Shown here: positions 46,108 to 53,327 of the stretch, piece after piece
How the letters are laid out: each line of letters begins with the position of its first letter
Numbering within the stretch: position 1 is the stretch's first letter
DNA from: a virus
Taxonomy: Duplodnaviria; Caudoviricetes
Length of the DNA: 53,327 nt
Virus record (IMG/VR): IMGVR_UViG_3300046791_000074
Location: 1-53,327 of that record
Direction: 5' to 3' (one strand)
Notes under the pieces: model-generated
The model's database searches: none
Told to the model about the DNA's origin: nothing
Seen by the model: the letters and a program-made list of their open reading frames with translations, nothing else
Made by a program: the position numbers and the translations under genes

Positions 46108-48365
46108 TACCCCACCTTCGATGCCAGCAGGAAGCCGAGGTCGGCTGCGTGCTTCTTGGGATCAATCTCTTGCGTAGTGATGTAGAAGTTCTGGGTGACT
46201 TCGCCTCCACCACCATTGCCTTCACCCTGACCGGGAACCCAACTCGGGATCCTCTTGGTCATGCCGCCTAGCTTGGTCTTGATGGCTCCGGCACCATCTT
46301 CGATGCCCTCACCATAGCCCTGCATAGTCAACTGACCCGCTCCGTACAGGAGCTTCTTGTCGACGTTCGCGGGGCCCTTCCAGGACGGGATGAGGTTCGT
46401 GATCTGGGAGAACTTGTTCTTCAGGGAGCCAATCATGCTCGACACACCATTGATTAGGCCCTGGACAATCGATCGTCCAATGCCATTCAGCATAGACCCG
46501 GGAGAGGGAATCGCACCCCTGATCTTGCCAGGCAACGTTTTGAACCAGTTGACCACAGAGGTGAACTTGCTCACGACTGTGTTCTTCACTGCAGTGCCGA
46601 CGGACGAGAAGAAGCTAGTCAGACGGTTCTTGATAGATACGACTGCGTTGTAAGTCCTGCCCGGCAGTAGCTGGAAGAAGTTGATGATCGCATTCCACAC
46701 CGTCATGGTTGCGCTCTTGACAGCCAGCCAAAGGGTCTTGAAGAAGTTGCTGATCGGGGTCCAGATGGCCTTCAGCTTGTTGACGGCATTCGTTCCGACG
46801 TTGGACAGCCACTCGAGAATCGCTGTCCAGACTTGCTTCGAAACGATCTTGACGCCCTCCCAGACATCCTTCCAGAACTGGATGAAGCCCTTCCAGGCAT
46901 TGACGATTCCATCTTTCCACCGCTGGATGTCCTTCAGGAACAGATCCCACTGCTCGCGGAACCAGCTCATGATCGCATCCCAGTTATCGTACAGCAACCA
47001 CGCTACTGCGATGATTGCGACAATGACTGCGATGACAACACCAATGACAACTGCTACGGTCGAGAGTGCTACCCCAGCTAGAGCTGCGGCACCCATGATC
47101 ATGAGGATGCCGCCTGCGACTATGACCAAGATGCCGACGAGGACCGTAAGGACAGATGCTACCGCGGCAGCGATGACGATAAACTTCTGCGTACCTGGGC
47201 TAAGCCTATCCCAAGCGTCGAGTACCTTCATGATGATCTCGACAAGCTTCATCTTGATCGGCAGCAACCGATCGCCGACTTCGACCCGCATCGCCTGGTA
47301 CTTGTTAGTCATCAACTGCATCTGTGCCTGTGGCGTATCGAACATCGTCTTGTAGGCACCCTCCATCGTACCAGCGGAGTCGTGCATCTCCTTGGTACGA
47401 AGGTTGAGTTCCTTGAAGCCAGGGATCGCGAGGTCGAAGAACCGTCGAGCCTGGATGGTACCACCAGAACCGAGGAACAACTTCTTCAACGCATCTGCAC
47501 GTTCAGGTGCAGTCATGTTCTTGAGCTTGCCATTCAGCTCTTCGACGACCTGCGCCATGGGCTTGAACTCGCCCTTGGCGTTACGGACGGAGAGGCCAAT
47601 GTCCTTCATGTGCTCTTCGGTAGCCGGGTTCGACATCGCGTCGAAGGCTCGTCCAGCAGACGTTGCGGCCTGTGCTGTCGAGAGTCCGTTACGGGTCATG
47701 AACGCCATCATACCGGCAAGGTCTTCGATGCTGTTACCAGCACGTACGGTCGACGGAATGGCTCGACCGATGGCAGACGAGAACTGCGTATAGGTACCGA
47801 CGCCCTTCTGAACCAACCGGAACATAACGTCGTTGACCCTGTTGACCTCAGTTGCAGGCAGCTTCCACGCGTTCAGGATCGCGATGGTACCCTTGCCTGC
47901 GGTCTGAAGATCTGTCTGTCCCGCAACAGCTGCCTTGGAGAACTCGGTCAGAAGGTTCTGCGCCTGAGGAACTGTTACGTCCATCGATGAGAAGATGTCG
48001 TACAGACCACCTTGGATCTCTTCGAATGGAACTGGAATGGTCTTCGCCAGGTCCAGTCCGATCTTGCTCAGTTCCTTCAGTGACACCTGTACCTTGTCGG
48101 TCTGCGTTTTGGTATACGCAACCTGGGTGTTGTAGTCACCTGCAGCATTCGTACTGTCTACCAACCACTTGACGCCTAGCGCACCGGCGTAAGCGATACC
48201 TGCACCCACCGTGACTAAGCTCTTACCCTGGTCGATGTGTGCCTGTGCCGCCTTCTTGGAAGCTGAAGACATGTCATTGATGTTGCCAGCAGCTCCACGG
48301 AGGACGCGCGTTGCCTCATCGCGAGCACGCAGGATCAGCATTAGCTCACGTGTTCCGAGACCCAT
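46107..48365 (-). CDS. Tape measure protein
   Basis: 752 aa, Ala/Gly-rich helical, with a TM segment and aromatic-periodic repeats. Confidence 0.92.
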   Translation of the reverse strand: MGLGTRELMLILRARDEATRVLRGAAGNINDMSSASKKAAQAHIDQGKSLVTVGAGIAYAGALGVKWLVDSTNAAGDYNTQVAYTKTQTDKVQVSLKELSKIGLDLAKTIPVPFEEIQGGLYDIFSSMDVTVPQAQNLLTEFSKAAVAGQTDLQTAGKGTIAILNAWKLPATEVNRVNDVMFRLVQKGVGTYTQFSSAIGRAIPSTVRAGNSIEDLAGMMAFMTRNGLSTAQAATSAGRAFDAMSNPATEEHMKDIGLSVRNAKGEFKPMAQVVEELNGKLKNMTAPERADALKKLFLGSGGTIQARRFFDLAIPGFKELNLRTKEMHDSAGTMEGAYKTMFDTPQAQMQLMTNKYQAMRVEVGDRLLPIKMKLVEIIMKVLDAWDRLSPGTQKFIVIAAAVASVLTVLVGILVIVAGGILMIMGAAALAGVALSTVAVVIGVVIAVIVAIIAVAWLLYDNWDAIMSWFREQWDLFLKDIQRWKDGIVNAWKGFIQFWKDVWEGVKIVSKQVWTAILEWLSNVGTNAVNKLKAIWTPISNFFKTLWLAVKSATMTVWNAIINFFQLLPGRTYNAVVSIKNRLTSFFSSVGTAVKNTVVSKFTSVVNWFKTLPGKIRGAIPSPGSMLNGIGRSIVQGLINGVSSMIGSLKNKFSQITNLIPSWKGPANVDKKLLYGAGQLTMQGYGEGIEDGAGAIKTKLGGMTKRIPSWVPGQGEGNGGGGEVTQNFYITTQEIDPKKHAADLGFLLASKVG

Positions 48366-48377
48366 CGCGCGCCCTCC

Positions 48378-48970
48378 TTACTTCCTCTTCGACTCGCGTT
48401 CGGCCTTCTCGCCTAGGGCCATTGAGTAGGCCTTCAGCATTAGTACGTGGTACGGATCCTGATCAAGCAATCCACCTTCGTGCGGCAGTACTCGGTACTC
48501 CTTGCATATTGCTGCGATCTCGATCGCGAGTGCCGTCTCGGCGTCCGGTGCCCGGGAGAGCACCACAGAGGCGGCTACTCGCTGGATGAGTTTCCCGGAT
48601 CCTCATCGCCCGAGTCCTCGTCCTCGAAGTTGTTGAGCTCGTTCATGTACTTCTCGATCTCCTGGCCCACCTTCGGATCCAGCATCTCGACGTCGTTCGG
48701 GTCGGAGAGATTGAGGAGCTTGCCCTCAACCTTCTCCAGGTTGTGCTCTACGACGCACTGCTGGAATTCGTAGAGGTTCACCTTCTTGTTCGCCATGGCG
48801 ATTTCGCCCTCGACGTTCTTCGACTTTCCCTGAGTCTGGAACGTGAGTTTCATCATGGCGCGACGAGTCAGAATTTGTCCGTACGACATAGCACGGAGAG
48901 TAATGAAGCCCCCTGCCAGGGTCTTCAACTGATACGTCGTCGTTCCGGTATCTCGCACTGCGACAGGCAT
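48378..48970 (-). CDS. Tail assembly chaperones G (48575-48970) and GT, joined by a -1 frameshift
   Basis: Slippery G-GGA-AAC at 48596-48590; the -1 frame reads KLIQRVAASVVLSRAPDAE and continues into ORF 48378-48566. Confidence 0.85.
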
Positions 48971-49009
48971 TTCGTCTCCCTTAAGACTAGGCCCTGTGGT
49001 CTTTGATTC

Positions 49010-49131
49010 TCAGAGTACTCGTTTGAGTCTCTCTGTATTTCTAACCGAGTCTCTTGAAGTCTAATAGGAAATTCCCCTAGCTCAGGCCTCCTAAGTAACT
49101 AAGAGGATCTTGCTAGTTAGACTTCAAGAGA
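49010..49131. repeat. TTAGAC-family element with a 15-bp inverted repeat
   Basis: TCTCTTGAAGTCTAA (49060) / TTAGACTTCAAGAGA (49117); 21-bp identity to 20041-20061. Confidence 0.8.
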
Positions 49132-49133
49132 TA

Positions 49134-50057
49134 CTAGGTGATGTTCTCCGTAGTCGTGATCGCAGCACCGTAAGCGTTGCCGGCTCCCAGTGTCCCGACG
49201 TACTCGATCGAGGCCCGCACCAAGTCACCCTGACCATCCAGGTTGACCTCGTACGTGTCCTTGACGGCTGTTGCTGCGACCAGCGAGATGATGTTGGCAC
49301 CCTGCGTAGCTGCGAGGGTGATCGACTGAGCGGTCAGCGCCTTGAAGGCGTCGTACTCAGTACGTGCTTCGAAGTCGCGCTCCGACTTGATGTTCACGTC
49401 CCGCTCGCCGTACGAGATGAACTGTGCACCCGTTCCGGTGTTCTTCAGACGGAAGGCCGGCTCTGCCTTGTCGTCGATCTTGAACTCGAACGTGTCGGCA
49501 TCGAAGACCTGAGAAGCCGTCGGGATCTGAAGCGAGTAGCTTCCCGCTCCGAACGGAACCGAGGTAGGCCAGGTAGGAGTGGGAGCTGACTGAACCAGCT
49601 CGTCTCTCCCGACGATGTCCGGCTTGAACATCAGCATGCCCTTGTCGATGCTGAACTCGAAGCCGCCGACGACGCAGCCGGAGTAGCCGAACACGATGCC
49701 GTTGCGGACGATCGTGATAGACAATGTCTTGAGAGGGATCGCCGAAGCGGAAGGCGTGAAGGTGTACACGTACGGACCCGCACCAGTCTTGATGAAGGTA
49801 GCTCTCGCTGCCATCAGGAAGTACGGGACACAGTCGTGCAACGCTTCCATCTCGATGTCACCGTTGACGAACGAGTCACCTGCGACGGCACCGACGACGT
49901 CGGGAGTCTGACGAATCGGCCGACGCCAGTTGGTGTCCTGTTCGTACTTCAGGGACTCCTTGTAGAACGGGACGTACTTGGTCGGTGCGAGGTAGGTTCC
50001 CGCGACCGTCTCGAGGGCAATGCCCATGATGCCTGATGCACCAATACCCGGAGCCAT
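49134..50057 (-). CDS. Major tail tube protein
   Basis: GIALETVAGT...YVYTFTP...YSGCVV pattern and gene position. Confidence 0.88.
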   Translation of the reverse strand: MAPGIGASGIMGIALETVAGTYLAPTKYVPFYKESLKYEQDTNWRRPIRQTPDVVGAVAGDSFVNGDIEMEALHDCVPYFLMAARATFIKTGAGPYVYTFTPSASAIPLKTLSITIVRNGIVFGYSGCVVGGFEFSIDKGMLMFKPDIVGRDELVQSAPTPTWPTSVPFGAGSYSLQIPTASQVFDADTFEFKIDDKAEPAFRLKNTGTGAQFISYGERDVNIKSERDFEARTEYDAFKALTAQSITLAATQGANIISLVAATAVKDTYEVNLDGQGDLVRASIEYVGTLGAGNAYGAAITTTENIT

Positions 50058-50329
50058 TAGTTGCTACCCCCTTCCTGCTTCGCAACCTGCACGGTTACAC
50101 CTTCGACGTCCTTGTAGGCCTCGAGGAGGGTGCGACCGAGCTCCCACTCCGTGACTCCCGTATCTGCAGAGACCACAGGGTGCTGATGAGCCACTCGGTA
50201 CGCTTCCGCTTCCGCTGCCGAGATCTTGTAGGTGTGACCGTTCTTGAAAATCCCGGTCAGACCCGTGATGTCGATCTCCCCGTCCTTGGGGAGGTTCGGG
50301 AAGTCGAACTTGACTGTGTACACGTACAC
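50057..50329 (-). CDS. Hypothetical protein
   Basis: 90 aa with an AGGAGG RBS. Confidence 0.6.
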   Translation of the reverse strand: MYVYTVKFDFPNLPKDGEIDITGLTGIFKNGHTYKISAAEAEAYRVAHQHPVVSADTGVTEWELGRTLLEAYKDVEGVTVQVAKQEGGSN

Positions 50330-50332
50330 CTC

Positions 50333-50782
50333 CTAAGGATTGTTGGGGAGTCGTTCTTGGGATTGGATGTCGAACGTAACTCTGGTGGAACGCAATGTGG
50401 TGTTCTGCTTCTGGGAGTAACCCGACTGGACTTCAGACACGAAGCAGTGGATAGCATTCCCATAGAAGTTCGCCTGCGAGTTCAAGAGGTCGGTAATGGT
50501 CTCAGCTAGCAGGTCTGCATCCTTACGGTTGCTACCTACGTCCCTGAGCTCGCTGTGGTACACCATGACGTAGACCTGAAGAGCTACCTCAGTCATCCGT
50601 CCTGCACCATACAGTGCGGACTTCTTGACGTTGGGCTCTACGCATACAGCAGGTGAAACTGGAATGCGTTCCTGGTCTCCGTAGAAGACTCCACCCTCAG
50701 CGATGCCGAGGCTCTCTGCTTGGTCCTCGAACAGCTGCACGAGTACGTCGCAGGCTTCGGAGAGCTTGGTCACGAGTGCCAT
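50333..50782 (-). CDS. Tail terminator-like protein
   Basis: Position, size and the VFYGD...PAVCV pattern. Confidence 0.65.
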   Translation of the reverse strand: MALVTKLSEACDVLVQLFEDQAESLGIAEGGVFYGDQERIPVSPAVCVEPNVKKSALYGAGRMTEVALQVYVMVYHSELRDVGSNRKDADLLAETITDLLNSQANFYGNAIHCFVSEVQSGYSQKQNTTLRSTRVTFDIQSQERLPNNP

Positions 50783-51294
50783 CAGCGACCACTCCAACGC
50801 TTAACGATTCGCTCGTCCAACCACTTGGCGAAGACCTCAGCGATCTTGTCACCGTCCTCGTCCTGAAACATGATGAAAGGTCGAGCAGGAATAACTCCAC
50901 CTGCACCCTTACCACCCTTGCCCCCAGTCTGATGAATGTTGCCATACCAGACACCCTGTGGAAGACTTGTGAAGGTCGCAGACTCTTTGGTAATGGTCCA
51001 GAGGTTCAGCTGTTGGGCTGCACGCTTCAATGCACCAGTCTTGACCAGGAGACTCTTCGACATGTCGATGCCGAGCATCTGGTGGAACTCGATTGTAGTG
51101 TCGGCGTAGGGTGCCCACGCAGGACGACCCTGAGCATCGAAGTTCGCACGAAAGCTAGGAATGAGAACCTGCTGGATGGAGCGCTTCAGCGGTTCATTGA
51201 ATGATCTGATGTCGACGCCGAGCGCGTCAAGGTCCCGCTTCACGGATGCCAGTGAAGGCTTAAACTCCAGAACGAGAATGGGCTGCGCTGCCAT
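50782..51294 (-). CDS. Mu gpG-like virion morphogenesis protein
   Basis: NFDAQGRPAW...L.KTGAL...YGNIHQTG...IPARPF. Confidence 0.85.
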   Translation of the reverse strand: MAAQPILVLEFKPSLASVKRDLDALGVDIRSFNEPLKRSIQQVLIPSFRANFDAQGRPAWAPYADTTIEFHQMLGIDMSKSLLVKTGALKRAAQQLNLWTITKESATFTSLPQGVWYGNIHQTGGKGGKGAGGVIPARPFIMFQDEDGDKIAEVFAKWLDERIVKRWSGR

Positions 51295-51302
51295 GTCTCC
51301 TC

Positions 51303-51758
51303 CTAGAATTTAGTCTGCATTGAAAACGCGGCTGGACCGAGGCTCTGGTCGTCCCAAGTGGGGCACTCTGCTGACGAGGCGTCAGTGGGGTAGAACGCCG
51401 GAGCCCCGGAATCAACTGTTGGGTCGACTCCGGGGATCTCCGTCGTTCCATCTAGCAGGTTGACGAGCATGGCTTCCGCCATCTCCATCAACTTGTCCGC
51501 GTACGCGTTCGTGTCGTCGTTGTCGTCCGAGTACCGTTTGTTGTACATCCACGCGGCGTAGAACATCGCAATGATGGTCTTCACTACCGGAGGGGTGGTA
51601 AGCGTGGTTGTCCAGGTACTCGTATTGTACGTCGACCCGAGACGTGCGAGGACGGTCGAGGCGACCTGACCTTCGAGCCCACCATCGAGAGAAGATCCCA
51701 AGTCGAGCTTGGTGCGCTCGCACCAAACCTGAGCTTCCTCGACGATGATGTTCGACAT
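51303..51758 (-). CDS. Head-tail adaptor (Mu gp36-like)
   Basis: RL...Y...PPVVKTI.A..YAAW.Y; helical. Confidence 0.7.
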   Translation of the reverse strand: MSNIIVEEAQVWCERTKLDLGSSLDGGLEGQVASTVLARLGSTYNTSTWTTTLTTPPVVKTIIAMFYAAWMYNKRYSDDNDDTNAYADKLMEMAEAMLVNLLDGTTEIPGVDPTVDSGAPAFYPTDASSAECPTWDDQSLGPAAFSMQTKF

Positions 51759-51760
51759 GG

Positions 51761-52070
51761 TTAGGCCTTACCTGCCGGAGGTGCGACGGCCTTCTTGGCG
51801 GCCGGCGGGTTCGGGGAGGTCTGCTGCTCGGACTGGGCCTGCGCGTCGCCGAGTGCCTTCTGCAGCTGATCGATCCTCCGGAGGAGCTCTTCGCGCTCCT
51901 CGTCCTTGTCAGCCTGCGTCACGGCCGGCTCGCCGATGGCACCGTTCTCACGGAAGCCGTCCAGCACGTCGGCGGGAACCTTGTCGACCTTCGAACCCTC
52001 GGGGACGGAGACGCGCTGCCCGTCCTCGTCGATGTATTCGAGACCCGTGAGGGCCACTTCGTTGCGTGCC
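51761..52070 (-). CDS. Hypothetical head-associated protein
   Basis: Follows the capsid genes; start approximate. Confidence 0.6.
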
Positions 52071-52071
52071 A

Positions 52072-52287
52072 TTAGTATGGCCTCCAAACGTTTGTCTGCG
52101 TCCCTGTGGTGCGGCGGGCGACAGCAACGCCCCCGTTGATCGCTGAGCGCGTCCGGTCGCTATTCACAATGGCCAACACGAGATTGCTCTGGTCGGTGAT
52201 CGAAGTCACCTTCGCAGAGACCCACTTGGCTCCGGGTGTGAGATAGGAAACGTTCGAGCCCAGACGAACAACGGAGGCATTGGCCAT
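52072..52287 (-). CDS. Small beta-rich protein, paralog of 9970-10233
   Basis: 71 aa coupled to the capsid gene stop codon. Confidence 0.65.
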   Translation of the reverse strand: MANASVVRLGSNVSYLTPGAKWVSAKVTSITDQSNLVLAIVNSDRTRSAINGGVAVARRTTGTQTNVWRPY

Positions 52288-53291
52288 TACGCGATGGCCG
52301 CCTTGATGAGGTAGCCGGTGACGGACTTGCCGAAGTCACCCGAGGCGGGGTTGATCTCGTTGCCGACCAACTTGAGGTCGTAACGCCGCTGGGTGCGGAT
52401 GAGGTCGGACTTGCGGTGCTCTTCACGCCACCGGTCGGTCGTCATCACCTGGCCGCCGTAGCTCCAGACGAACTCGTAGCCGAAGGCCGGCAGCTTCAGA
52501 CCCGCACGCGGCGGGACCCAGGCGAGGAGGACATCCTTGCCCCACAGGTAGCCGACGGTGAGTGCGTTGCCTAGGGTACCCATCGGACCGGTACCGTAGC
52601 CGACACCGGGCACGATGACCCGCTGGATGCCGAAGACCGCGGCGATGATCTCCGGGGTCAGAATGGCGCGCTCGGAGTACTTGATGCGCTCGATGATGTC
52701 CGGGTGGTCCTCCAGGGTGCTCATCACCAGGTACGGGATGATCGCCGTGTTGGGCTCCATGAAGATCTTCGCGTGCACCGCGCGCATGCCCTTGCGGATG
52801 TCACCGATCGGGTCGGACGTGGCGTACGCGTCCCACTGGGTCGTACCGGCCGACAGCGTGACCGTGAGACCGGTCGCGTAGTTGGCTGCGGTGGTGACGA
52901 GGTTCTTCATGGCGATCTCGCGACCGAGCAGGATCTTGGCCGTCACCAACTCGGTGGCGTCACGATCCGGGGAGAAGGCCGAGTCGACGTTCTCCCGCTC
53001 CTCATCCGGGATCGCCATCTGGAGCGCGTGCTCCTGGGCGTAGTACGTGTCCTGGCTGACGGTGTAGCCGGGGATCTCGTTCGCTTCCGTACCCGGGGCA
53101 CGGTAGTCGGTCGTCTCCGCCAGCCACATCTCGCGGCCGAAGATGTAGTACTTGTCCGACTGCTTCTGGACCCCGACAGTGGGGAAGAGAGCTTCGCCGA
53201 CGAACGAGTTGTTCGGGAAACCGAGTGAGATCTGCGTGAGGATCGCATCGATGTGCGTTCCACCGGATCCGGTAGGACTCCAAACAGTCAC
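52287..53291 (-). CDS. Major capsid protein
   Basis: 334 aa with strong codon bias; D..LT.IS.G...LFP.V.V...RAPG...EHAL...FGY pattern. Confidence 0.9.
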   Translation of the reverse strand: MTVWSPTGSGGTHIDAILTQISLGFPNNSFVGEALFPTVGVQKQSDKYYIFGREMWLAETTDYRAPGTEANEIPGYTVSQDTYYAQEHALQMAIPDEERENVDSAFSPDRDATELVTAKILLGREIAMKNLVTTAANYATGLTVTLSAGTTQWDAYATSDPIGDIRKGMRAVHAKIFMEPNTAIIPYLVMSTLEDHPDIIERIKYSERAILTPEIIAAVFGIQRVIVPGVGYGTGPMGTLGNALTVGYLWGKDVLLAWVPPRAGLKLPAFGYEFVWSYGGQVMTTDRWREEHRKSDLIRTQRRYDLKLVGNEINPASGDFGKSVTGYLIKAAIA

Positions 53292-53327
53292 AGCGTTTTA
53301 CCTCCCTTCCTGTTAGTAAGTGCCGCC

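Noticed and set aside
50183-50215. Second hammerhead at CTGATGAG
   Set aside because: No correctly placed GAAA or stems, and it lies antisense within a coding region.
53201-53327. 127-bp terminal direct repeat as a biological DTR
   Set aside because: It cuts through the capsid gene start, and its length matches a common assembler k-mer; best read as a circular-assembly overlap.

Overview
The window is a complete, circularly permuted genome of a tailed dsDNA phage, about 53.2 kb. Bases 1-127 are repeated exactly at 53201-53327, most likely an assembly overlap. The phage is siphovirus-like, and its gene content and GC-rich codons suggest an actinobacterial host (inference). The minus strand carries the virion and lysis arm: TerS/TerL, a Mu-like portal and protease, major capsid, neck, tail tube, a -1 frameshifted tail chaperone, tape measure, Dit/Tal, fibre, amidase and holin. 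A block of fibre-like genes sits unusually between the portal and the protease. The plus strand carries many small early genes, an SNF2 helicase, a PD-(D/E)XK nuclease, a Sak4-type ATPase and SSB, a RepB-type primase-helicase, a 7-deazaguanine cluster (queC, queD, queE, folE, two MazG-like genes and a TGT/DpdA-like gene), a UDG-PolA fusion polymerase and a RuvC-like resolvase. I found no integrase. Non-coding highlights: (1) a type II hammerhead ribozyme with a pseudoknot at 16005-16060; (2) at least 18 copies of a polar motif, ACCACAGRG, spread over the genome; (3) a family of T(T/G)AGAC intergenic elements at four loci; (4) repeats phased at about 11 bp upstream of two early transcription starts; (5) an atypical tRNA-like RNA. 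All calls are made by eye from motifs; no database search was run.
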